64,000 nucleotides of DNA from Daphnia carinata (taxonomy: Eukaryota). Under the pieces are notes generated by a model. It was not told the DNA's origin and did no database searches. It was given only the letters and a program-made list of their open reading frames with translations. The stretch's first letter is position 1, and each line of letters starts with the position of its first letter. Made by a program: the position numbers and the translations under genes. The stretch spans positions 12,648,001-12,712,000 of the forward strand of contig NC_081331.1 in assembly GCF_022539665.2 (NCBI RefSeq), in the 5' to 3' direction. Positions 1 through 12,299 of this stretch are shown one piece after another.

Positions 1-2017
1 TACAAAACTACTATGTAACTCCTCTCTGCACTCCATCAAGGAGTGCTTTAATGACTGGAAAGCATCCAATCCACACAGGTTCGGGTGTCAGTATGTAATA
101 CTTCCTCTTGCCAAGCAATAAATTGAATATCTTTATAGGAATGCAGCATGATGTGCTTTATGGATTTTCAAGATATGGTGATTTCTTTTTCTCCTCACTC
201 AACTACTATTTGCTGTTTTACCTAAAATTACACAATTATTTATTATATTCATTAGGATTACCACTGTCAGAAACCACTTTGCCTGACCATCTGAAATTAC
301 TTGGTTACAGGAATCATATTGTCGGTAAATGGCATTTGGGTCACTACAAAAGTGTGTACACACCACTTCAGAGAGGATTCGACTCCCATTATGGGTATTG
401 GACTGGACACCAAGACTATTACGACCATACGGCTGTCGAATCGGTAAGAGCAGCGAATGAATCCCTTTTATATATTTGTTTTATTGTGGTTATTGTTAAA
501 TAATTTTCGTTGTCAAACTCTATAGAATGCTTGGGGTTACGATATGAGGAGAAATAATTCCGTGGATTGGTCTGCGTACGGAAAATACACGACTACAATT
601 TTGACAGACGAAGCTCGTGACGTAATAACTAAACACGACGTTTCGAGCCCCCTGTTTCTCTACATAGCCCATCTCGCCGTTCATTCGGCCAACCCATATT
701 CGCCTTTGCAAGCGCCTGAAGAAACGGTAAAAATGTTTTCTAATATAAAGGATCTCCAACGCCGAAGATATGCAGGTAATTTGTTATTTATTATGATTTG
801 AATTTAATTCAGATTTATTAGTCACTTCTTTTACGTCTTAGCCATGGTACACGAATTGGACGTTTCCGTTGGTAAGATTGTAAAAGCCCTCGGAGATAAA
901 AATATGTTGCAGAATACAGTCATCGTCTTTAGCTCAGACAACGGTGGTCCCGCTGCAGGCTTTAACCAAAACGCCGCGTCCAATTGGCCTTTAAAAGGGG
1001 TAATACATTTAAGAGGCCACTAGAAAATGTTATTCATTCTATATTTCACGTTTTACAGGTTAAAAATACTCCTTGGGAAGGAGGAGTCCGGGCTGCTGGT
1101 CTAGTATGGTCTCCTTTGATTCCATCCCCGCGACGAGGCCAAGTGATGTCCAATCTGATGGACATATCCGACTGGCTCCCAACACTTTATGAAGCCGGAG
1201 GTGAGTCTCAGCTTACTCCGCAAGTAGCCTGACCAATTGTTTGAGCACTATTTCCAATCCAGGTGGCAATGTGGCGACTCTAAAAGGATTGGATGGCGTA
1301 AGTCATTGGGGTACAATCCTATATGACAAGCCATCTGCGCGTCATCACGTACTTCATAACATTGATGACCAACTTGGATACGCTGCCATTAGGAAAAAAA
1401 ATTGGAAACTAGTCAAAGGTAGGTGCCAGATCTATCACACTATCACCTAGATAAACAACAGAGTTTGTCCTGCGATTTAAAGGAACCACTTACGATGGTT
1501 CTTGGGATGGCTGGTATGGGCCATCGGGGAGGACGAACGATAGCTGTATGCATTCTTTTCATAGCATCGACGACGCTAGCCCGATCGAAAAGAAACAAGT
1601 AGGAAAAATATTCTTGTGAAATTGGCAACTACTTGATCATAGGTCTTTTGACAGTTACTGAAAAGTGATGCTGGCCGCTATGTTTCAAGGCTAGGAATGT
1701 CTATGACAAATAATCTTAATCAGCTTCTTGAAGATGCTGAAATTAAATGCGGTGAGAGACCGGTCGATGCGCACCCTTGTTTACCGTTGGATGCTCCTTG
1801 CCTTTTCGATATCGATCAAGACCCTTGCGAGTACAATAATTTAGCGGAAAAACTGCCTGACATTGCCAACGACTTGCTCGAACTACTAAACTGGTATAAT
1901 TCAACAGCGGTCGCCCCCCTTAACACATTGCCAGATCCTATGTCTAACCCGAAGTACTGGAACTATACGTTTACAAATTGGGCGGACTTTGAACAGACAT
2001 GGAACGTGTTATTCTAA
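1..2017 (+). CDS. Arylsulfatase B/J-like sulfatase, multi-exon, 5' end outside window
   Basis: Formylglycine motif [11 protein letters not shown] at ~27-60, [28 protein letters not shown] and [16 protein letters not shown]. Exons are joined by ~60-85 nt GT-AG introns. Stop TAA ends at 2017. Confidence 0.93.
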
Positions 2018-4273
2018 TATCTCCCCAACTACTTTCTCTTAATCGCTTTCAACACAAATACTTTGACCAATTGACCCAGTTGATATTCTTCTAGGACCCT
2101 TGATTAAGACCTTGAGGTGTAAAGAAGAAAAGCGAATGTCGAATTAGAAGATATAAAGCATTTAGATACTTACAAAGTTTTTTTAATAATATAGGCTGTC
2201 AAATTATTAATTCTTTCCTCTTAACATATAAATAAGTCGAAAAAAATCTAGTGAAACTTGCTAACAGTAACCGATTACAGCGAAGCAGGTAGCTATTGCT
2301 CAAGGCTAAAGAAAGGAAACGGGAGTGTCCTTGTTTTAAACGCTAGATGGGCAGTAGTTAGCAAGAATTATTTCCGGGATAGGTGAGTTGACAAAATTCT
2401 TCGTATTGTAACTTATTGTCGGCTGAACCAATGCTCTTTATCAAGGTTCCAACTATCCATTCCGAGCTCACAGGAAAAACCTGTACGGGTAAAACCGGAC
2501 CGTATATAAGCACAATAAGTCAAACCGAGTTGCTTTACCAACACCGTCTTAACGAAAAGAACGTTATCCCAAAGCTGAAAAGACCAAATCATACTGTAGG
2601 TAATATTGCATATTATTTCCTGATCTTTAAAGCCTTACGTTCACATTTAATGCGCAGCAGAAGGACGTATATACCACGCTGATTTCCCTTTTTTTTTCAG
2701 CACTACGTGGGGTCCTGCGTGCCCTAATGGCGGTGGCAGTGCATCCTATCCTTGTGTGTGCAACCCGTGAGGCCGAGAAGTCACATCGGCTGTAAGAAAT
2801 CCAATTATTGCTGGATATATCTAGAGTTTTCATTTTTATTCATATCGCTACAGCATATGCGACTTAAAAAAGGCCAATGTTTCGTGACAATCTTTCTTGA
2901 TTGCATCACGGTCGGGTATCGGTTATGGGAGATACCTCCATCAGTTCATAACACTGCTGGCATACGGGATGATTCGCTATTATCGATTTAGGTAACTTCA
3001 GCTTTTCTACAAATAAAGGTTTAAGTGTACTGGAAATGCAATCGGCCCAAAGAAGGGTCCGCAAGGAAATTTAAATGCCGGCTGTTCCGACAACCGACAA
3101 AGGTTCAAACGATCTGTTGTAGAGGAAACCGGTGTTACGCGTTAATAATATCGACTTCAACCTATTTATCTTTAAATAGATAAATGCTAATTTGTGAGTC
3201 AGCTAATGTGGTGTTGACAAGTATCCTAGTTAAACTTAATCAATCTCGCAAAGTTCTTTTTCTGCCGGCATATCTGGATTTAACGTTTTTTGCCTTGAAC
3301 AAATTTTCAGTAATCCATTAGAAATATTTTTTCTTTCCAACTTTTTGCATTGATTACGCATAATCAATCGTGCGGTAAGAACTGCGTGCGCATTTTTTTC
3401 TTCTTCTTTATTTCGACCACGTATATCAACCTTTACTTTTTGCCTTGTATCCGTTGTTGACTTACTTAGAAACACATTCGATTGAAGGTAAGAACTGCAC
3501 TCGATGTCAAGCACAGCTCCTTTCGTTGTCGAGTTTTCAATTTCATTTATCAGTTACTTTTTAAAAAGTACCCGGCACGATCCGGCATTTAGGTTCAACA
3601 CTAACTATTTCGTTTTACTCACGCCGAGTCGCTATCAACCTTCCTCTAGAACCGGAAAATCAAACGTGCCCTGTTTTCTTTTTTAACAAGGACGCGTACA
3701 CTGTAATTCTCTGGCTTGGACCAATTTACCTAAGGGCAACAACAATCAAGTTTGTTTTTTGTTTTTTGTTTTTAAATCAGAGTTGTTATTCTGGTATCTG
3801 GACCACACGTTCATTATGCATTATTTGCCCATGTGCGCTGGACTGGTCACACAGGTAACGTTAGATGCATATTTTAATTCATCGCGTTGTAACTAAATTT
3901 ACGGCAGCGGTTTCGAATGTGTTCGAGGCAGAGTTGGAACGTTTTCGGTATTTTATCCGGACGTAGGATAACTAGAAATATTAAATCATGTTTTCAACAA
4001 TTTGCCATTTACAGTGTGAACCATAATATGGCATTATATGATCTGAGAAAGAAACGATTAACAAGGGCGCTACTTTCACTTAACATTTAGAGCAAAATAC
4101 AAGAGGACGAATAGTTTCCTGTTTGACCGCCGACGGCCTTTAGTCTAGAAACTTTTCGTGTCATGTTTCCACACGAATATACTGTCTCTTCAAGGCCAGT
4201 CAGTTTAATGTGCTAATGTGCTGCGTATACTAGTCTCGGTATGAGATAGCCGAATACCTTGAATCAACTCGGC

Positions 4274-4280
4274 TATAAAA
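4274..4280 (+). promoter_or_regulatory. TATA box of the Pro-rich secreted protein gene
   Basis: TATAAAA about 90 nt upstream of ATG 4368. Confidence 0.55.
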
Positions 4281-4367
4281 GATGTAAGAAAATTTCCAAG
4301 CAGCAACAGTCCTCCAAGATAGAAAGCAACCGTTGGTACCGAAACGAAACACTGCAACAAGACAACG

Positions 4368-4935
4368 ATGAAAGTGGTGGTAAACCTTTCGCTTTTCTAC
4401 ACATTTCCAGCAGTTTTTCTATTGGGACAAACACTTGAGTAACTGTTATTTGTTCGGCTAACTTTGACAGATTTTTCTCGCGTGTCTGGTGACGTTGAGC
4501 AACCAGCAACAATTCCCTGGTTTAGGAAATCCATTTGGTAACCTTGGAAACGCGTTTGGAAATGCCTTTAACGCCATTTTCACTAACTCAGCCAACCAAC
4601 TGACCAATTCGGTTAACAGACCAGTCAACGGACCTGTAAACCCAGTCTTTGGTTCTGGTTTCCAACGGCCACCTGGCAACGGAATAAATTCGCCAGGCTT
4701 TATTGCGGCTGTACGCCCTGTGCCTGTACCTGGTAGGCCTGAAACACTTACTCCAGTGAACAGACCTACACCTGCTCCCGTGAACCGACCTACCGCTGTT
4801 CCAGTTATTCCCGTGAGTCGACCTACCGCTGGAAGGAAACGTAGATCGGTCACAGTAGAACATCCAAAGCCAACAACAACCGAAGCGCCATCGAGTTATT
4901 GGCCTGTGCCCGGTGCAGGCTGGTTCTACGGCTAA
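4368..4935 (+). CDS. Small secreted Pro/Asn-rich protein (exons 4368-4379 and 4471-4935)
   Basis: MKVV|gtaaac...ttgacag|IFLACLVTLS forms a signal peptide. PVNRPT-like repeats, a G-RKRR basic site, and the C-terminus GAGWFYG. Confidence 0.8.
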
Positions 4936-5889
4936 AAAACTTACGTATTGTAACACGACTTTCCTTGGCAAACAACCTGTTTAAAATTGCCTATTGTGTC
5001 ATATCCAAACTATATCTGTATCTATATTTAGAAGTAATACATTATTTTTTGTTGTTTATCATCCTCACGTGATTGAATTGTCAATCTATCCTTGAATCGA
5101 GCACCGGAAGTGGCGGTACGTGATTAAAAGGGTCATGGTAGTTTATACAAGCTTATTTGAGGCTAAATTGGCTTTCTAGAAACGTCGAAGTCAACAGAAA
5201 AGAAACGAAATCTGTTGACGTATTTTATAGTTTCCCGGTTAAAGATTAATGCGAATTAATTGAATTGCATTTGAGTAAATCGGTGAGAACTAGATAACCT
5301 AGACTTGAAAAGAATGCCTAAATAAGATTAATTATGAATGTAAGTGGGATGTTAAAAGAATTAATACAAACGTTGCCGTCTTTGGTCTTTATTCAAGAAT
5401 TTGCTTAATTAAGTTTTTGGCAACATAGCAATGTAGACGCTTTTTCCCCTGTGTGTGCGTCAGTGCTTCTGTTTGTTTGAGCAACCTTCAACCTAGCTTG
5501 TGTGAGCTCAAGAATAAAGAAAAGTTTAAGAGTCAACACGTTGTTTTTTTTAAACATGGAAAATCAGAGATTTATCACCCTTTCACTGAATTTGAAAAGA
5601 AAATTCATTTCCCTACAAATTTGTCGATAATGTAGGTTTTGAAAAGTTGCATCAACGAATTCCTGTTTTCACTTCCGAAAAAACGCAATCTAAATAGCCT
5701 TCATCATCGTGACATGACACACTACTTGTGTGGACGTCAGAAATGTGATTGTGAATGCAGGAGGGATCACCGATCGAAGACGTGCCGTCTCACGTGACAG
5801 AAGCCGTGCAATAATATGCGATGGTGTACGTTTCTCTTGTGAATTTAAACTACCGATCGATGTTTGTTTTTCTTTGAACGATTCTGGGA

Positions 5890-5897
5890 TATATAAA
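5890..5897 (+). promoter_or_regulatory. TATA box of small secreted protein gene
   Basis: TATATAAA about 85 nt upstream of ATG 5977. Confidence 0.55.
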
Positions 5898-5976
5898 GAC
5901 CACCCGAAGGCCAAAGGACATCACTATTTTCTAACCGACAGAACTGCAAACGTAAATCCAACGAAGAAGAATCAAC

Positions 5977-6382
5977 ATGAAAACAGTGGTAAGTTTCAAT
6001 TCATCTTTCTATATCGTTTGCGATGAAAAATGCCTTACTTTTATATATTGCAATAGTGATTTCGTTAAACAAAGTTTAAAGGCTTAATATTATTTGGGAT
6101 GCCGAGCAGGTTGTATTGGTAATTCTATTGGTGGCAGTTGTTGCCGTCATTGTTTCCGAAGAACATTCAGAACAATTTGCAGTGAAGTTAATCGCAAACT
6201 CATCAGATCTTGCCACAGCCGGACAGCGTTTTAGGTACTACAAAGTGCAATCCGTCAAGCTGACACAGCAAAAAAAAGTACCGAAGAAACCGAGTGGTTA
6301 TTCTGGCTATCAGAGCGGATACGGTTTTTTCCGCGGTCGCCGTTTCGCCAACAACAACGAGAGCGTGTTTTCTTCCGACTAA
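5977..6382 (+). CDS. Small secreted protein with Gly/Tyr/Ser segment (exons 5977-5988 and 6110-6382)
   Basis: MKTV|gtaagt...gagcag|VVLVILLVAVVAVIVS signal peptide, then KKPSGYSGYQSGYGFFRGRR. AATAAA at ~6528. Confidence 0.75.
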
Positions 6383-6929
6383 TGGCGTTTGAAAGTGTCA
6401 TGCTCCCATTACACGAAAACGAATAAGAAAACGAGCAAAAAAAAGAATTGGTTGGTCCGCTTTGATATATATCATGTGTCATTTTTAATCGAATGCTTCC
6501 TCATTCAGTTTATTTTCATTCGTTTCGAATAAATTTCTTGCCAAACACATTTCAGTTTCGGTGAAAAATGTTGTTTTATCGTTTTTGTTCTTCAAGCAAG
6601 AGGATACCGTAATGGAATTATAACTAGAATTCATGCGTAGGTTTTTAAACGATTGGATATTTTCAATAGATATGAATTTTGAGTTGTATGATTGTTCTCA
6701 AATAATGGCCTATAGATTATTATTACGTTCCCCATATCCGGATGTGTTTCGATAGATTTGAGGGTTTTCTCGAATTTTATTTACAACTTCACGAAATTGA
6801 TGAAAAACGGGTTTCTTTTCAAGAGTCCGCTCACACAGTAAGTGGGCACTTACGAAAACATTCGCGATTAAACGGCAATGAAAGCGCTACCAATTTTTAA
6901 ATGCACAGTTTCCTAGGCTTGAAAAATGA

Positions 6930-8582
6930 CTATTTTCCGTAGCTAGGTGCAGCCGGAAGCCATATATCGTAACTTGGTTGTTGGATTGCCGGAGGATGGT
7001 AAACCGCTGTGGGCAGTTCGTACACTGGAGCTTGGTAAGACTCCCCAGGAGCGCCGACAGGTCCTGGGGGCCCAGCGGGTCCTGTATACCCAGGTGAACC
7101 CGGTTTTCCTTGGGGTCCAATGGGTCCAAGAGGCCCTAGAGGTCCAACTGGCCCCGGACCACCAGGATATCCAGGTGCGCCTGGCTTTCCTTGAGGACCT
7201 ACTGGGCCTGGTCCGCCTACTGGCCCAACTGGGCCTGGACCACCGGGGTAACCAGGGGGGCCAGGTTTACCTTGAGGTCCAACAGGGCCGGGACCGCCAG
7301 GATAACCAGGGGATCCAGCCGGGCCTGGTAGGCCATCTTTGCCTGGTTTACCTGGCTTACCTGGTGCACCTAAAATGACATAATTTCATTTTATTACATA
7401 ATGATGCCAATAAAGAACATGTTTCTGAGGAAATGTTACCGGTATATCCTGTATAACCAGGAAGCCCGTCCTTGCCTGGAGCACCTGGGCTACCGGGAAG
7501 ACCGTCTTTTCCAGGGCTGCCATTATAGCCAGGTGGGCCAGTCAGTCCTTGAGGCCCGGGAGGACCAGGAACTTTGCTTGGGGCACCAGGAAGCCCATCC
7601 TTTCCAGGAGCTCCATCATAGCCAGGTAGCCCCGCTTCGCCTTTAGGTCCGGGACCGCCAGGATAACCATTAGTGCCAGGCTTGCCAGGTGGCCCTTGAA
7701 GCCCAGCAGGGCCAGGAGGACCAACAGGGCCAGGGCCTCCTGAATACCCTGGTTTTCCATCTTTGCCAGGGTAGCCGGGTGGACCAGGAGGACCAGGGAT
7801 TTTGGATGGGATTGTGTAACCTGGTGGACCTGTTTCACCTTTAGGACCTGCTGGCCCGGGGCCTCCATTATAGCCGTCTTTTCCAGGTAAGCCAGGACCA
7901 CCTGGAAGACCTGGCGCGCCATTATAGCCGGGTGCTCCTTTTTCTCCGTTGTAACCTGGTTTACCAGGAGCTCCTGGAGCTCCATCATAGCCTGGTGCTC
8001 CCTTTGGGCCAGGATAACCAGGTGCGCCTGGTTTACCAGGAAGTCCTTGAGGTCCCGGTTTTCCAGCGTAGCCAGGAGCTCCTGGAGCTCCCGCTTCTCC
8101 TTTGTAACCAGCAGGTCCCGGAGGCCCGGGTGGGCCTGGTGGTCCAGCAATGACTTGAGGTTGGGTATAGGAGCTACCGCCGTAGCCACCACCACCGTAA
8201 CTACTACCGCCGTAACTACTACCACCGTAGCCACTACCACCAGAAGATGCAGATGACCCAGGTGGACCTGGTGGACCGGGAGGTCCCTTTAACCAAGGAA
8301 GGTACTCAATGAACTTTTCCCATTGCTTCTGAATTTCTTCAATTTGCGAACTTCCGCCAGTGGAGTAAGCAGTAGCCGGATAATAGATTGGGGTTTCGTA
8401 TACAGGTACAGGTTCCTCCGCAGGAGGGATCGATCCATATTGAGGACCCGCCATAGCAGATGCAACCAACAGTAGAAAGAATGCCTGTAACGGAGTATTT
8501 AATAGTCTGTTAGCAACTCAGTTTCACTTTGGAAACAAGGGTGTCGAAATATTCAATTCTGTTCACTTACAAAAGCCCTCAT
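6930..8582 (-). CDS. Short secreted Tyr-rich collagen-like protein (exons ~8582-8571, 8484-7440, 7370-6930)
   Basis: [17 protein letters not shown] signal peptide, GGSSYGG segment, and long interrupted Gly-X-Y repeats continuing across a ~69 nt intron. Ends ...[11 protein letters not shown], stop at 6930-6932. Confidence 0.9.
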
Positions 8583-10214
8583 GGTGGCTGTTTGGTTATT
8601 GATAATCCTTTTTTCTGTTGTGTCAAGTTTTGCCTAAAAGGAAATTGTTATTTAGTACAAGAAATAGTTTTAATCATTATCAAGCGATCCGTGTATGATT
8701 TTAACAATCGTTATGCTTTAACAAAAACGCGTGAGTTTTACAACGTGAATGCTGTCACCCGTGTCACATTTCCTGTCCATATAAAACGGTCAATTAAAAT
8801 TGAAAATTGACTGTGACCGTAGAAAGTTATCTGACGGAAGTGTAGTTAGCGGTTAATTGGTTTATCCAAGTAATGAAGATCCCAAAGTTAAAAGCTAAGG
8901 TAAGAAACAAGGAGCTGGACTTGACTGTATCCATACCTTTTTCTAGATTGACTCTCCTCAAGTTTTTCCCGACGAACACTGACATAGGTGAGAAAGCGGC
9001 AACGTCTTTAAATACTCTTCAGGTACACCAACGAAAACAGGTAGAAACTGTTAGCTACATTTTTAGAAAGGAGGAGAGGTATTTTTGTTAGAGATAACAA
9101 AAGTAGATTAAATAATCGGTCCAGTATCCACTGCCAAGACGTTCGATTGGCTGGTGAAGAAAAAGAAAAATGCATTTTTCGGTCCGTTTTGTCAGGGAAA
9201 TCCGGAAATCCCCTTTTCAATTTACTTTCACGTACTGTATATTTTAACGCAAAAGAGAAACTTGTTGCTAGTGGGAAGGAATGAACGAAAATTCGCGCGC
9301 GTTTGCTATTCGATTTTACGGTCGACAGGAATCGATCATTTTTTAGAAACCACTGGTGCAAGCCTTTAGGGTCAGCATGTCACTGCACACACAGAATGGT
9401 TAGTATACCAGAATAAGCAATTATAGAAATCGTGGCAGCAATAGCTATTGGCCATCTTTGGAATGAGAGATTCACGGATGAAAACAAACCAACGACCTGT
9501 ATAACTGGCCTGCAAGAGGTTCGAAAGAATTGGTTAATAACCCGTGACTCCGGTCATCCTCACGTTGAAAGGTAGCGGAGAAAGTTTGGCACAGCAAAAT
9601 GTGGATCACAATTAGAAACGGTGCTGGAAGGCGTTACCCCTTTAAATCGCAAAAGAAACTGTATCAAATTAAATGCATCGTAAGCAGCATTAGCTATTAT
9701 CAGCGTTATATTTTGAGTCCACTTCAAAGGTGTTTCTTTATTGCCTGCGGTATTGTTAACAGCCTTTCTCTTGGTGTTTGCGTTATTCAGTCATTCAGAA
9801 GAAGAAGACGCGTGATATAAAAAAACCCTGTTGTTTTCACCATGAAGTTGAAAGTTTTTTTTTATTAAATCGCCGCTTACAAAAGCCGACGCAAGAAAGC
9901 AAAAAAAAGTTTTACTAGTTACAAGAGCGATGTCGCCAGTCACATTAGGAAAGAGCTGATATAGAAGGGTAAAAACGGCCTTGCGAAAGACACCAAAAAT
10001 ACCAACAAATTTATTAAACTTGCTGCCAAGAATCAGCAGAGTGATCAGAATCACTCACGAGTTCAACGCGACGAATAGCGACGTGCGTTGACATGAATGT
10101 TATGCACTTCCGCAATCCCGATCGGTGAGCTGTTAACCTTGTGGTATTCTCGCCACTCGATAGTGTCAATAAGGCCCAGAAATCGGATTGAACAGCATAA
10201 CACTGTTATTAGTA

Positions 10215-12299
10215 TCACACTCAAAATTGAACGCTGATTCCGGGATATGTTTTTTTTTTAAATTAAGGCAACCGTTTTTGAATTGCACCGAATACTTGCG
10301 CTGTATCGCGCTAGCTGTTAGCGCGCCAGTACGTGACAGCATTAGCGCAATGCTGTACAAAAACCAATTTAATTAAAAAACGAGTGACTTAATGAAAAAA
10401 AGAACAATTTTCCCGGAATCAGCATCATTTATTATTATATTCTTTGATATTCAACCGATTCCGATGAGTGTCCGTTTTTGCAAAAAAAAATATTAAGCCC
10501 GACAAAATAAGCCCAACTTTTCTTATTTTTTCGTTTTTTACGTTAAATTAAAAAACCATAAGGCCCATTGAAAAATGAACTTGATTTCCGTTATTTTCAT
10601 TCAATTCTGAATCGGAATCATGTATTTTAAATTAAATCTAAATTTTGGCCAAAAATGAAAAAGTGAGAAGGCTATAGCCTTACCACTTTTCTCAAAATCG
10701 GCCAAAAATTAAATCTCTTGGAATTCGCTGGAAATCACACAGTACAATCAAAATTTATCGCTGATTCAGAAAAAGCGACTCGTTTTCTTGTCAAGTTAGC
10801 GTGTGTTTTTGAATTACACTGAATATTCGTGCAAAGAATAAGAAAAGTCGGGCTTAAATTTTTTTTCTGCAAAAACCAGCACTCGTCGGAATTGGTTGAA
10901 CATGACAGGATATACTCAAACTTGAATGCTGATTCCGATAAAATTGCTATTTTTTTTCACTAAGTCAACCGTTTTCGAAATACACCGAATATTTCTGCTG
11001 CATCGCGCTAGCGCTGTAGCGTACTGGCGCGCTAGCATTGTTTCAAATATTCAGTGTATTTAGGTAACGAATGATTTCATGAAAAAATAGCAATATTCCC
11101 GGAATCAGCATTCAATTTTGAGCATATCCTGTTATATTCAATCAATTCCGACGAGTGCCAGTTTTTGTAGAAACAAAGTTTAAGCCCGACTAATAAATAA
11201 GCCCGACTTTACTTATTCTTCCGTTTTTTACGTTTAGTTTAAAAACCATAAGGCCAATTTGAAAATAAATTCCATTTCCATGATCAGCATTCAATTCTGA
11301 ATCGGAGTCATGTATTTTCAGTGAAATTTAAATTTTGGCCAAAAATGAAAAAGTGGGAAGGCTATTGCCTTCCTACTTTTGTCAAAATCGGCCAAAAACG
11401 ACATCTTTTAGAATTCGACAAAAATTACAGGGTATAATCAAAATTGAACGCTGATTTTGATTCTGTGACTGGTTTTCTCGTGAAACCAGCCGTTACAAAA
11501 ATAATGGACAAAAAAGATCGATCTCTGCTTCATCGCGCTAGCGCTGTAGCGTACTGGCGCGCTAGCATTGTATCAAATATTCGGTGTATTTCAAAAACGA
11601 TTAATTTAGAGAAAAAAATAGCAATTTTTTTCGGAATCGGCATTCAAGTTTGAGTATATCCTGTGATATTCAATCAATTCGGATGAGTATCTGTTTTTGG
11701 AGTAAAATATTTTAAGCCCGACTAATAAATAAGCCCGACTTTTCTTACTTTTTTGTTTTTTTCGTTTAAATAAAAAAGCATAGGGCCAGTTGAAAAATAA
11801 ATTAGATTTTCGTGATAAGCATTCAATTCTGAATATAAATCGTGTATTTTAAGCGAAATTTAAAATTTAGCCAAAAATGAAAAAGTGGGAAGGCTATAGC
11901 CTTCCTACTTTTGTCAAAATCAGCCAAAAATTACATCTCTTGGAATTCGCTGAAAATCACACAGGACAATCAAAATTTAACGCTGATTCAGAAAAAGCCA
12001 TTAATTTTGTGGTTAATTTGGCCGTTTTCAAATTACACCGAATATTCGTACAAAGAATAAGAAAAGTCGGGCTTATTTAGTCGGGCTTAATTTTTTTTTC
12101 TGCAAAAACCAGCACTCAACGGAATTAATTGAACATGACAGGATATAGTCAGACTTAAATGCTGATTCCGATAAAATTGCTGTTTTTTCCCTAAGTCAAC
12201 CGTTTTCGAAATTCACCGAATATTTCTGCTGCATTGCGCTAGCGCTGGAGCGCACTGGCCCGCTAGCATTGTATCATATATTCGGTGTATTTCAAAAAC
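10215..12299. repeat. Tandem array of ~3.5 palindromic units (~690/530/700 bp), foldback/MITE-derived or satellite-like
   Basis: GCGCTAGC-containing cassette at ~10300-10355, 11000-11040, 11527-11570 and 12228-12270. Hairpin AAAAGTGGGAAGGCTATAGCCTTCCTACTTTT (with variants) centred at ~10675, 11365 and 11896. Inverted arms of ~165 bp at 10835-10995 versus 11045-11220. Confidence 0.92.

Noticed and set aside
6887..8256. Overlapping alternative-frame and antisense ORFs (e.g. 6947-7378 +, 7542-8240 -)
   Set aside because: Shadows of the Gly-X-Y codon periodicity.
10166..12080. Short ORFs in the repeat array; CRISPR-like or transposase interpretation
   Set aside because: There are no unique spacers, cas genes or transposase motifs, and the context is eukaryotic.
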